Shown one piece after another: positions 46,420-55,819 of a DNA stretch of 64,000 nt. The notes beneath the pieces were generated by a model. The model was not told the DNA's origin. It did not search any database and worked only from the letters and a program-made list of their open reading frames with translations. Each line of letters begins with the position of its first letter. The stretch's first letter is position 1. The stretch is from IMG/VR virus record IMGVR_UViG_3300028394_000044, positions 32,001 to 96,000 of that record. One strand, written 5' to 3'. This DNA comes from a virus. The position numbers and the translations under genes are program-made.

Positions 46420-47646
46420 ATGAACTGTGAAATTATTGAATCCTGTATTGCTTGTGGTAGCAATGACCTTGTTCCTGTATTGGACTTAGGTAATCAACCA
46501 CTCGCAAACTCTTACAAGAAAACTGCTGATGAAGTTGAAGAATATTATCCTTTAGCTATCAATCGATGTGAACATTGTTATCATGTACAACTAACTCATC
46601 GTGTCAATCCTGATTTGATGTTTAAAGACTATGCATATGTTTCGGGTACAGCAAAAACTCAGCTAGACTACTTTGAGTGGTTTGCAGATTTTGTATCTGA
46701 AAAATATGGTACTCGTCCAATAAATGCGCTCGATATTGGTTGTAACGATGGCAGTATGTTGAATGCATTTCAGGATAGAGGTGCGGAAACTTATGGTGTT
46801 GATCCTGCTGAGAATTTGTATGCAACTTCATCAGAAAGACATAAAGTTCATTGTGGCTATTTTACTGGCGATGAGTGGTCTGATAAATTTGATGTGATTA
46901 CTTGCATGAATGCATTTGCACATAACTTTGACCAACTTGAATTGTTGAAGAATATCTCTAAGAAGATGCACAAAGACAGTTTATTGTTTGCTACAACTTC
47001 TCAGTGTGATATGATTGTTAATGGTGAATTTGATACAATCTACCATGAACATTTGTCCTTCTACAATATCAAGTCAATTGATGCACTATGCAAGAGAGCA
47101 GGTCTAAATTTGATTGATGTTGAAAAGCATCCAATCCACGGCAACAGCTACATCTTTGTTATCAGCAAATACAAGAAAGCTCCTGCTACAATCAGTAATC
47201 TAATTACACAAGAGCAAGCACTTGGTCTCTATTCTGAATCGACATATTCTACTTATGCGGAAGATTGCTATAAAAACGTGAAGTTATTCAAAACTGTTAT
47301 TGAAAATGCAAGTGAGCAAGGAAAAGTTATTGTTGGTTATGGTGCACCTGCCAAAGGTAATACATTAATGAACTTTGCTGGTATTGGTCCAGATTTTATT
47401 ATTGATGACAATCCATTGAAGCAAGGTTTGTTTGCCCCTGGTGTAAACGTTCCAATCTATGGTTCCAATTATCTCGACAAATATGTAAACGATAAAGGTT
47501 TAGTTTTTATTCCTCTAGCTTGGAATTTCTTCAATGAAATTAAAAGTAAGATTAAATCTAAAAGACCTAATGGTGAAGACTATTTTATAAAATATTTTCC
47601 AACCTTTGTAGTCGAAAATCCTGAAGTAGCGCATCATCCTGTATGA
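46420..47646 (+). CDS. NDP-sugar C-methyltransferase
   Basis: Zn site CxxC..CxxC, 'DLGNQPLAN', 'DIGCNDG', 'FDTIYHEH.S', 'GYGAPAKGNTL', 'AWNF'. Confidence 0.88.
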   Translation: MNCEIIESCIACGSNDLVPVLDLGNQPLANSYKKTADEVEEYYPLAINRCEHCYHVQLTHRVNPDLMFKDYAYVSGTAKTQLDYFEWFADFVSEKYGTRPINALDIGCNDGSMLNAFQDRGAETYGVDPAENLYATSSERHKVHCGYFTGDEWSDKFDVITCMNAFAHNFDQLELLKNISKKMHKDSLLFATTSQCDMIVNGEFDTIYHEHLSFYNIKSIDALCKRAGLNLIDVEKHPIHGNSYIFVISKYKKAPATISNLITQEQALGLYSESTYSTYAEDCYKNVKLFKTVIENASEQGKVIVGYGAPAKGNTLMNFAGIGPDFIIDDNPLKQGLFAPGVNVPIYGSNYLDKYVNDKGLVFIPLAWNFFNEIKSKIKSKRPNGEDYFIKYFPTFVVENPEVAHHPV

Positions 47647-48338
47647 AAATAGGTTTTGCTTTTTACGGTATCACTCATGGTACTGATAAGAAAACTGGTT
47701 ACACAAGAGACTTTCGAGAGTGTTGGGATAACATCCAAACGCTTCTGATTGATCCTTTCAAAGAACTTGGACATGAAACTATAAATTATGCTTCCACATA
47801 TCCGTTTGGAGATTTGGAAGTACGTGATGAATTTTATCGATTAGTTGCACCAAAGAAGGTAATCTATCCAGACTTTGAAGGTTCAAATGCATTCACTGCT
47901 AAATCTGCACTGCATGAAGTACTCATCGGAGAAGAATTAGATGCGGTAATCTTCACTCGTTTTGACATTTTATTTCACGATAAGATTGCTATTCATACTC
48001 AAATCGACTATAATAAGGTCAATGTTTTATTTCCTGAAGACCCTAATTGGTGGGCAAGTCATAGATTTGTTTGTGATTGTTTCTACATTTGGAACCACAA
48101 ATTTAGTCCTCTAGTTAAAGACGCTATGCGTGAGACATATGGTTGGCCAAGAGGCACTGAATATCCTGATACACATGGTATTCTGAACTTTTTGGTACCT
48201 AAAATTGGTACTGAGAATGTGAATTTTCTAGACACCGAATGTCAGATAAGTAACGTAAACAAATATTATACACTATGCAGACCGGATGTTCCAGACCATC
48301 CAATGAAGCATTCTTATGTGAAAGCGAAATATGGCTAA
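47643..48338 (+). CDS. Hypothetical glycan-locus protein (glycosyltransferase-like)
   Basis: 'D.VIFTRFDI' motif; coupled within the sugar operon. Confidence 0.5.
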   Translation: MKIGFAFYGITHGTDKKTGYTRDFRECWDNIQTLLIDPFKELGHETINYASTYPFGDLEVRDEFYRLVAPKKVIYPDFEGSNAFTAKSALHEVLIGEELDAVIFTRFDILFHDKIAIHTQIDYNKVNVLFPEDPNWWASHRFVCDCFYIWNHKFSPLVKDAMRETYGWPRGTEYPDTHGILNFLVPKIGTENVNFLDTECQISNVNKYYTLCRPDVPDHPMKHSYVKAKYG

Positions 48339-49077
48339 GAATTTGATTATTTGTCCTGTTGGCATGGCGATGCCACACGATACTAGGTGGAAAGAAGAAG
48401 ACCATTGGAGATGGACTCACAATGAACGCAACTATGAAACACTCGTAGTTGTCTACAATGATTTTGAGCCTGAGCCAGGTTCATATGACCATATTCTAAG
48501 AATGAAAGGTCACAAATGGCAAATCGTTCAAGAAGTTGCGAAATCTTTTCCCATTGAAGACTATGAATATATTGGTTGTGTTGATGATGATTTGATTACA
48601 GGTTATCAAGACTTCAATACAGGTCTATCACTTGCTCACCATTTTAATTTCCAATACTGGCAGTTGTCTATGCCATTAGACTCTAGTTTGATTTACCAAT
48701 GCTTGTTCAATGATCCCACTTGCCATTTTTCTGAAACAAACTTCATTGAGATGGGTTCTTGTTTCTTTACACTAGAGAAGTTCAAGTTTCTAATGGAGTT
48801 TATTGGTCACTGGCCATTAGTAATTGCATGGGGAATAGACAAGACATTCTATGACTTGTTCCAATGTCCAGCAAACGTAGTTCATTGTGCCCAAATTCAT
48901 CAACCAATTCGTGATAGTTACTATGATAAAACTGAAGCTATGATGGAAATGAATGATTACTTGAATTTCAGATACCCATCTATTTTACGTGACCACTATA
49001 ATCGCAAGTCCAATTTTGTTGACCAACAACAAACCTTAAAGAAATTTATTTTAAATGTTGAAACTAGTAATACTTGA
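48331..49077 (+). CDS. Putative GT-A glycosyltransferase (DUF707-like)
   Basis: 'G.KW', 'YEYI..VDDDL', 'TNFIEMG..FF', 'WGID'. Confidence 0.55.
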   Translation: MAKNLIICPVGMAMPHDTRWKEEDHWRWTHNERNYETLVVVYNDFEPEPGSYDHILRMKGHKWQIVQEVAKSFPIEDYEYIGCVDDDLITGYQDFNTGLSLAHHFNFQYWQLSMPLDSSLIYQCLFNDPTCHFSETNFIEMGSCFFTLEKFKFLMEFIGHWPLVIAWGIDKTFYDLFQCPANVVHCAQIHQPIRDSYYDKTEAMMEMNDYLNFRYPSILRDHYNRKSNFVDQQQTLKKFILNVETSNT

Positions 49078-49588
49078 TGTTGATGGTGTTCTTACTGATG
49101 GTAAGAAATATTATGATCGTGATGGAGCTGTCCGCCTAAAAACTTTCTGTGATAAAGATTGGACTGCTATCAAGCGTTTCAAAGCACTAGGAATTAAAGT
49201 TATCTTTTTAACTGGTGACCCATTCAACGTAACGATTGCTGAGAATAGAAATATTGATGTGATTGTCAATCGTCAGAATGGTACACACCGCGATAAATCA
49301 GACTATCTGCACGAAATTTGCCAAGAATATAATGTAGATGCAAAAGAGATTGTATTTGCTGGTGATGATATTTTTGATTATCATTTAATGGAATTGGTTG
49401 GTAAAGCATATTGTCCTACAGATTCGCCGCTTGAAATTAAATCTGTTGCTATACCTATTGCCAAAGGTGGAGAAAACTTTGTAATGCATATGTTTGACCA
49501 CTTAGAGATGATGGGAGAAATTGTGGTTGGTAATTTTTCAGACCATCTAGCTAAAGTTTATGAGTTGGATTTATTGGAGAAATTCTGA
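49055..49588 (+). CDS. KdsC/YrbI-like HAD phosphatase
   Basis: 'LDVDGVLTDG', 'FLTG', 'GDDIFD', 'KGGE'. Confidence 0.85.
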   Translation: MLKLVILDVDGVLTDGKKYYDRDGAVRLKTFCDKDWTAIKRFKALGIKVIFLTGDPFNVTIAENRNIDVIVNRQNGTHRDKSDYLHEICQEYNVDAKEIVFAGDDIFDYHLMELVGKAYCPTDSPLEIKSVAIPIAKGGENFVMHMFDHLEMMGEIVVGNFSDHLAKVYELDLLEKF

Positions 49589-50262
49589 TGAAAGATATTA
49601 CAATATACGGTCACCTAATTGGTGATACAGTAATGGATGGTGATTATGTTCTACCTCAAATTGGTGGCATGGCGAATGTATGGAGAGCATTATCTGATAT
49701 TGATATTAATTTAAATCTAGCACTCTCACCTACTGCTTACGGACAAGCAACAATTAAAGTATACCGAGATACCTGCACACGAGAATCTTTTGCTAATCTC
49801 AATGAATTGTCATTTGAACCGCATATACAAGAAAGTAAAATTTCACATGTGATGTATATTAATGAGTTGCCTAATACTAGATTCATGCATTACTTGGATG
49901 GTATAATTACTGCTGATACTTGTAAAGGTGAAAAATTTCTGAATAAGTATTTACTTGGAAAGATTGATTATTTGTTTGTTGCAGATGAAGATTGCCAAGA
50001 CTTGAATACATTACTAGCATACATAAAAGGTACAGTGATTTTACATTCTTCAACTGGAAGCAAAGTTTATCCACAAGATAAAGCACCTTGGTGTTTTGAT
50101 ATACCAGAAAGTCTGATTGTCAAAAATGCTAATGTTCTAGGAGCAGGTGATATTTTTGCTGCTAGTTTTCTTTATGGTATTCATAGAGGTATGGAAACTG
50201 AAGGTTGCATATCTTATGCACACTATAAAACGTCTGAATTGATTAGAAAATATAATGAATAA
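49588..50262 (+). CDS. PfkB/ribokinase-family sugar kinase
   Basis: 'GGMANV' and the anion-hole motif 'LGAGDIFAA'. Confidence 0.75.
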   Translation: MKDITIYGHLIGDTVMDGDYVLPQIGGMANVWRALSDIDINLNLALSPTAYGQATIKVYRDTCTRESFANLNELSFEPHIQESKISHVMYINELPNTRFMHYLDGIITADTCKGEKFLNKYLLGKIDYLFVADEDCQDLNTLLAYIKGTVILHSSTGSKVYPQDKAPWCFDIPESLIVKNANVLGAGDIFAASFLYGIHRGMETEGCISYAHYKTSELIRKYNE

Positions 50263-51442
50263 TTTTAAAAAATATAATTTATTGTTGCCAATTGCTGGCA
50301 AAGCACAGAGATTCTTGGATGCTGGTTATATGATGCCAAAGCCTTTAATTCTAGCAAGAGATAAACATGTAATTGATTGGTCTATGGAATCAATAGATTA
50401 TTCTGAATGTAATCTAATATTCATTGTTCGTCTGGATCATATTTACAATTTTAATATTGATAAGATTCTCAAACAAAAGTTTGGTGAAGATATTTCTATT
50501 GTAACTGTAGATCATGTAACCCGTGGTGCATTGGAAACTTGTACTCTTGCAAAAGAATACATTGACAATGATTTACCACTGTACATCTATACACCAGATG
50601 TTTACTTTGAGGAAATGTATAATAAAAAAACAGGAATTAAATTCTCACCCAATTCTATCCAAGGATGTGATGGATTTCTTTTAACCTTTTTAGCTAATAG
50701 TCCAGACCATAGTTATTGTGAGACTGATGATTTTGGTTTTGTTTCACGTGTAGTAGAAAAAGAAGTTATCAGCCAACACGCTAACGTTGGTCTTTACCAA
50801 TTCGGTACAGGTAAGATGTTTCTGAAGTATGCTCAAGAAGCAATTGATAACAACATGCTAGTAAAAGGTGAATTCTATATTGCTCCAATCTACAATCTAA
50901 TGATTCGTGATGGTTTAAAAGTTACATCCAAAGATACAGAAAAAATGCACATTCTAGGTACACCCGCTACCTTTGAATTCTTCTGTAAGAGAGTTTTGCC
51001 ACGATTCGGTGACAAACCAATCGCTATTGCCGCAGACCATTCTGGGTATGAATTGAAAGAAATTTGTAAAAAATTATTGGATGTATATGAGATTCCTTAT
51101 ATTGATGTTGGTACTTACGTAAATAAATCATGTGATTATTTTGATTATGTCAGCCAATCGGCTCAACTAGTTGCTGATGGTCATTGTGATCATGCAATTT
51201 CGTTTTGTAGAACGGGTCAAGGTGTAAATATTGCAGCCAATCACTGTGCGCCATTCATTTCAGCATTATGTTTTGATGACTTCACTACACAAATGGCTGT
51301 TGAACATAATTGTGCAAACCACTTTGCCGTACCTTCTAAATATGTAAGCGCAACAGAAATGGAAAAAATGATTCTCACTTGGTTGAGTGCAACATTTGAC
51401 GGAGGCAGACATTTTACCCGGCTAAACAAGGTTCTACAATGA
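50255..51442 (+). CDS. Sugar nucleotidyltransferase fused to an RpiB-type sugar-phosphate isomerase
   Basis: N-terminal 'PIAGKAQRF...GY..PKPLI', 'EK..IS', 'LGTP'; C-terminal 'AADHSG..LK', 'CRTGQG..IAAN', 'EHN.AN', 'FDGGRH..R'. Confidence 0.85.
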   Translation: MNNFKKYNLLLPIAGKAQRFLDAGYMMPKPLILARDKHVIDWSMESIDYSECNLIFIVRLDHIYNFNIDKILKQKFGEDISIVTVDHVTRGALETCTLAKEYIDNDLPLYIYTPDVYFEEMYNKKTGIKFSPNSIQGCDGFLLTFLANSPDHSYCETDDFGFVSRVVEKEVISQHANVGLYQFGTGKMFLKYAQEAIDNNMLVKGEFYIAPIYNLMIRDGLKVTSKDTEKMHILGTPATFEFFCKRVLPRFGDKPIAIAADHSGYELKEICKKLLDVYEIPYIDVGTYVNKSCDYFDYVSQSAQLVADGHCDHAISFCRTGQGVNIAANHCAPFISALCFDDFTTQMAVEHNCANHFAVPSKYVSATEMEKMILTWLSATFDGGRHFTRLNKVLQ

Positions 51443-51891
51443 TTTTAATTTCTCATCGAGGCAATACTGAAGGCCCTAATATTCTATTAGAAAATACACC
51501 TAATTACATTCAGTCCGCAATCGACAGACAGTATATGGTTGAAGTTGATATATGGAAAAAAGATGATGTTTATTATATCGGTCACGATGCAAGTACAATG
51601 AATCCTGTTGACATTAATTGGCTAATTGATCGCCGGCAATGGCTCTGGATTCATTGTAAAAATAGAGAAGCATTAGACTCAATTTTAAGATTAAATCTTC
51701 ATTGTTTTTGGCACAATGAAGATTCTTATACCATGACAAGCAAAGGATACGTTTGGTGTTATCCTGGTCAACCTGCAGTGGGTTGGTTATCTGTAGCAGT
51801 CATGCCAGAAAAAAGAATTGATTTAAAAGACTTTAAATCGAATGAATATTTTGCTGTTTGTAGTGACTTTGTGAGTTTGCTAAATACATAA
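51439..51891 (+). CDS. Minimal GDPD/PLC-like phosphodiesterase
   Basis: 'ISHRGN', 'EN.P', 'EVDIW', 'GHD', 'WIHCKN', 'CSD'. Confidence 0.75.
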   Translation: MILISHRGNTEGPNILLENTPNYIQSAIDRQYMVEVDIWKKDDVYYIGHDASTMNPVDINWLIDRRQWLWIHCKNREALDSILRLNLHCFWHNEDSYTMTSKGYVWCYPGQPAVGWLSVAVMPEKRIDLKDFKSNEYFAVCSDFVSLLNT

Positions 51892-51894
51892 ATA
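51880..51894 (+). promoter_or_regulatory. Tandem late-promoter-like boxes
   Basis: CTAAATA followed by CATAAATA upstream of the internal-protein cluster. Confidence 0.6.
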
Positions 51895-51929
51895 ATATGT
51901 AAAACTAACTTGCTGTAGAGGCATAAAAT

Positions 51930-54257
51930 ATGGATTTCAAGTCGTTTCTAGACGAACAAGCGCAAAAACATGCGGTCCTTGCTTTTGGACGTATGAACCC
52001 ACCAACAACTGGTCATGCAAAGTTAGTTGATAAGGTCAAAGAAGTTGCTAAAGAAGTGGGTGGAACACATCACGTAGTTCTATCTCACAGCCAAGATGTT
52101 AGTAAGAATCCACTATCAGCCGAACAAAAGCTGAAACATGCACACAGATTCTTTCCAGATACCAATCTGAGCACCTCGGATAAAGAACATCCAACATTCT
52201 TACAACACGCAGCCAAATTACATAAAACTGGTGTCACACACTTACATATGGTTGCAGGTTCCGATCGGGTTGGCGAATATGAAAAGAAACTAGCACAATA
52301 CAATGGCACACACAAAGGTGCTTTGTATAATTTCAAAAAAATCACAGTTCATTCTGCCGGAGAACGTGATCCTGATGCCGAAGGCACAGAAGGTATGTCT
52401 GCATCCAAGATGCGTGAACATGCTAAAAATAACAACCTAAAAGACTTTAAAAAAGGTGTTCCGTCCCATGTTTCACATGAACATGCTAAGGAATTGATGC
52501 AGGATGTTCGTAAAGGGATGAATGTTAAAGAAGATTTTAATTCAATCATCTTTAATATACTGACCGAAGGTGTGCATGATAAGAGTATTTTTAAAGCAGT
52601 TTTTCTATCCGGTGGACCAGGTTCAGGTAAAGATTATATCCTCGACAACACATTAGCTGGTCATGGATTGGTAGAAATCAACTCTGATAAAGCATTAGAG
52701 TTCTTGATGGATAAGAACAATCTTGATAAGAAGATGCCAGAGTCCGAAAAAGATATTCGCAACATCGTTCGTGGTAAAGCGAAAGATATGACAGAACTGA
52801 AACAACACCTTGCATTGTTAGGACGTAATGGTCTTATTATCAATGGTACAGGTGATGATCCAGCTAAGTATACAAAAATTAAAAAGAATCTAGAGTCTAT
52901 TGGCTATGAAACTATGATGGTTTCAGTTAATACAAAAGATGAAGTTTCTTCACAAAGAAATATTGAGCGTGGTCAACGTGGCGGTCGTACAGTACCTGAA
53001 GATATTCGTAAAGAAAAATGGGATGCTGTAAACAATGCCAGACCTGAAATGGCAAAGTTGTTTGGTCACAATTACTATGAGATTGATAACTCTGAAGACT
53101 TACGTTCAGCGAAGCCAGATGTTGTCAAAGCTAAAAAAGACGAAATGTTGAACATTTTCAAAAAAGTTCAAGAATTTGTTAAAACAGCACCTAAGAACAA
53201 TGAAGCTAAACAATGGGTTGCTGGCGAATTGAGTAAGAAAGATACATTACCAATCGATAAGAAAGGTGCAGAGTATTCTGGTCCTGCACCCGATGATGCT
53301 GCTCAAACTGAAGCAACCAGACTTGGTTTACAATATTATGGTTTTGGTCGTTACGGAAAAAATAGTAAAGTTACTCACCACTCTGTACATGGTAAATTGG
53401 TGCAAGATCCAACACATGCAGAACAACAAAAAGTTGCAGCCAAAGCTGCAAAAGTCAAACCAAATTTGGGTAGTGGTTCACCTGCATCCAAAAAAGTTTC
53501 TGAAAGTATCAATGAAGAATTTGAGAAACTTATAAGTGAAGTTGGAACTATTCATAATGGAAATTATGATGGTCCAAAAACTGCAAAAGGTCCTGAAGGA
53601 CATACATATACTGCAACGGCTGGAAAGCCAAGAGTTTATGCAATACGTAATTCGGCAGCTAAAGACGCACACCGTATGAATGGTGAAGTTATTAAGACCG
53701 AAAAAGGTTACATGGTTAAATTAAAGGAGAATAAACATGTTGAAATTTCTAAAGAGCTTTTGGAGCAAAAAACAATCAGTATCAGCACCAGTGGTGACAC
53801 CGGAGCCAGTCAAGGTACCAGAACCGGTGGAAGCAGTAAAGCCACCAGTGGTGACACCTACACCTGCACCAGAACCAGTGGTGGAAACACCATTAGTGAA
53901 GACGCCGGATGTGGATGTGACTCCTGCCAAACAACCGGCAGCCGCTATGACACCAGCCCCAAAGAAAAAAAGAAACTCTACCTCTCGCAAGCCAAAGACA
54001 AACTCGCCAAAAAAGTAAAAGAGTCTATCGACCAAGGTATTGAAACTGGAATGTCCATGGCAGCCGGAGGTGAATCCGGTAGCCGTGACATGGGTGAGAA
54101 ATTGAGTAAAAAAGGTAAGGCTATACCTTTCACTAAAGATTCACTCAAAGAAATGGGTGGAGATGAAACTACCGCATCTATTGGTGACCAAAAAGAAGAT
54201 GAGTTGAAGAAACAAGGTATTAGTTTAATTTCATTTAAAAAGAGAAACTACACATGA
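51930..54257 (+). CDS. Multidomain protein: HxGH-type (NMNAT/cytidyltransferase-like) nucleotidyltransferase, zeta-toxin-like P-loop kinase and C-terminal modules
   Basis: 'FGRMNPPTTGH', 'GSDR', 'SASKMR'; then 'GGPGSGK', 'INSD', 'INGTG', 'R..RG..GGRTVPE'. Confidence 0.8.
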   Translation: MDFKSFLDEQAQKHAVLAFGRMNPPTTGHAKLVDKVKEVAKEVGGTHHVVLSHSQDVSKNPLSAEQKLKHAHRFFPDTNLSTSDKEHPTFLQHAAKLHKTGVTHLHMVAGSDRVGEYEKKLAQYNGTHKGALYNFKKITVHSAGERDPDAEGTEGMSASKMREHAKNNNLKDFKKGVPSHVSHEHAKELMQDVRKGMNVKEDFNSIIFNILTEGVHDKSIFKAVFLSGGPGSGKDYILDNTLAGHGLVEINSDKALEFLMDKNNLDKKMPESEKDIRNIVRGKAKDMTELKQHLALLGRNGLIINGTGDDPAKYTKIKKNLESIGYETMMVSVNTKDEVSSQRNIERGQRGGRTVPEDIRKEKWDAVNNARPEMAKLFGHNYYEIDNSEDLRSAKPDVVKAKKDEMLNIFKKVQEFVKTAPKNNEAKQWVAGELSKKDTLPIDKKGAEYSGPAPDDAAQTEATRLGLQYYGFGRYGKNSKVTHHSVHGKLVQDPTHAEQQKVAAKAAKVKPNLGSGSPASKKVSESINEEFEKLISEVGTIHNGNYDGPKTAKGPEGHTYTATAGKPRVYAIRNSAAKDAHRMNGEVIKTEKGYMVKLKENKHVEISKELLEQKTISISTSGDTGASQGTRTGGSSKATSGDTYTCTRTSGGNTISEDAGCGCDSCQTTGSRYDTSPKEKKKLYLSQAKDKLAKKVKESIDQGIETGMSMAAGGESGSRDMGEKLSKKGKAIPFTKDSLKEMGGDETTASIGDQKEDELKKQGISLISFKKRNYT
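53737..54018 (+). CDS. Nested +1-frame Pro/Lys-rich small protein (overprinted)
   Basis: AAGGAGA RBS at 53724-53730, 6 nt before the ATG; amphipathic MLKFLKSFWSKK, Pro-rich middle, basic tail. Confidence 0.7.
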   Translation: MLKFLKSFWSKKQSVSAPVVTPEPVKVPEPVEAVKPPVVTPTPAPEPVVETPLVKTPDVDVTPAKQPAAAMTPAPKKKRNSTSRKPKTNSPKK

Positions 54258-54550
54258 AATCATTCATTTCTTTTATTACTGAAGGTTCTCCTGCTTGGCA
54301 ACGCAAAGAAGGTAAAAATCCTGAAGGTGGATTAAACCGTAAAGGTATTGCTTCTTATCGTTCCGAACATCCAGGGTCTAAACTCTCAATGGCTGTTACA
54401 ACTAAGCCCTCAGAATTAAAACCTGGCTCTAAAGCTGCTAATCGTAGAAAATCGTTCTGTGCTAGAATGGGTGGTGTTGATGGACCAATGGAGAAACCAA
54501 ATGGTGAACCAACACGTAAAGCACTAGCATTAAGAAAATGGAATTGCTAA
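54254..54550 (+). CDS. Conserved small basic phage protein with a capsid-targeting-like leader
   Basis: MKSFISFITE; 'AWQRKEGKNPEGGLN', 'RRKSFCARM', 'ALRKWNC'. Confidence 0.75.
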   Translation: MKSFISFITEGSPAWQRKEGKNPEGGLNRKGIASYRSEHPGSKLSMAVTTKPSELKPGSKAANRRKSFCARMGGVDGPMEKPNGEPTRKALALRKWNC

Positions 54551-54576
54551 TTTAAAATAACAAAAAAGGAAAAAAC

Positions 54577-55818
54577 ATGTTTCAAGACAAATCATTACTC
54601 GCAGTTGCCGAAGCTGTTAAAAAAGTTTGGGCGGAAGGCTTAACAGATAAGCAAAAAAAGATTGATAAAAATCACAATAATAAAATTGATGGTCAAGACT
54701 TGGCTATTTTGCGTAAAGAAGGTTGGGATGATATGATGAAGGCCGTTAAAGATAGAGCGGCTCCACAACCAAATGGTGGTGCAGGTAAGAAGCAAGGTTC
54801 TGCTTACGGTGGTTCTAAGCAAAAAGATGAAAAGCCTTTGAAAGAAGAAGATGCATACAGCAAAGATCGCTATGCAGTTAAAGATGGTAAAGCTATGAAA
54901 GATAATCCTACACACAAGGGTCATCCTGACTATGCAGATAAGCCACATCACGTTTGGGCTACAAGTCCTGAAGAAGCGATGAAAAAAAAGAAGACTGTTA
55001 AAGAAGAAGCATCACAAGCTGAATTCACTGCTGAATTGAAGAAAGCTCAAGCAAAAGCTCAAGGCAAAGAAAAAGCTGATGTTGCAAAGCCTGCTGTGCA
55101 AGCTGTGCAAAATGAACAGACACACACGCAAATAGAAGTATTTAACTTGAATGACGCTAATGGTGTTAAGCGTTCAGTTATTGATTTGGAAGAAGCTAAA
55201 TCTGGTTACGATTTGTATCACTCAATGTATTCTGGTGCAGTTCAACATGGATTAGCTCATCACGAAAAAAGTGGTTTGACAGTTGATCCTGATGATTATC
55301 ATGATAAAGTAACTGTTGGTCCAAAAAAACCTTCAGAAGGTAAAACTGTTAGTCACAATATTAAAGCAACAAATGCTAAAGGTGAATCACATATGATTCA
55401 TATGCAAGTCCACAATAAAGGTGGAAATAAACCTTACGAATTGAATACTTATTCTAGCAAAGTTCCAAAAAAACAAGTTAAAGAAGAACATACTGGTCTA
55501 CATCCAGATGCACAAAAAGTATTGAAGCATATTAAGCCGGAACATCAATCTAAGTATCATGCCGATCTAACACCAAAAACATACAAGGGTGATTATGCTG
55601 ATAGATCAGCAATCCTTGATGCTGCTGAAAGAGCAGGTCATTTAAAAGAAGAAGTTGAGCAAATTGATGAACGTCATTTAACTTCTGCTGAATCTGAAAA
55701 AATGGAAAAGAATGTTAAGTCTATGAAAAAAGGTTTATCTGGTTTTAAAGAACGTTATGGCAAAGATGCTAAATCTGTGATGTATGCGACGGCAACAAAA
55801 CAGGCCAAGGGAGAGTGA
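54577..55818 (+). CDS. Modular Lys/His-rich putative internal head polyprotein
   Basis: Segments separated by (V/L)KEE, LEE and IDE; EF-hand-like 'DKNHNNKIDGQD'; C-terminal 'VMYATATKQAK'. Confidence 0.7.
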   Translation: MFQDKSLLAVAEAVKKVWAEGLTDKQKKIDKNHNNKIDGQDLAILRKEGWDDMMKAVKDRAAPQPNGGAGKKQGSAYGGSKQKDEKPLKEEDAYSKDRYAVKDGKAMKDNPTHKGHPDYADKPHHVWATSPEEAMKKKKTVKEEASQAEFTAELKKAQAKAQGKEKADVAKPAVQAVQNEQTHTQIEVFNLNDANGVKRSVIDLEEAKSGYDLYHSMYSGAVQHGLAHHEKSGLTVDPDDYHDKVTVGPKKPSEGKTVSHNIKATNAKGESHMIHMQVHNKGGNKPYELNTYSSKVPKKQVKEEHTGLHPDAQKVLKHIKPEHQSKYHADLTPKTYKGDYADRSAILDAAERAGHLKEEVEQIDERHLTSAESEKMEKNVKSMKKGLSGFKERYGKDAKSVMYATATKQAKGE

Positions 55819-55819
55819 A

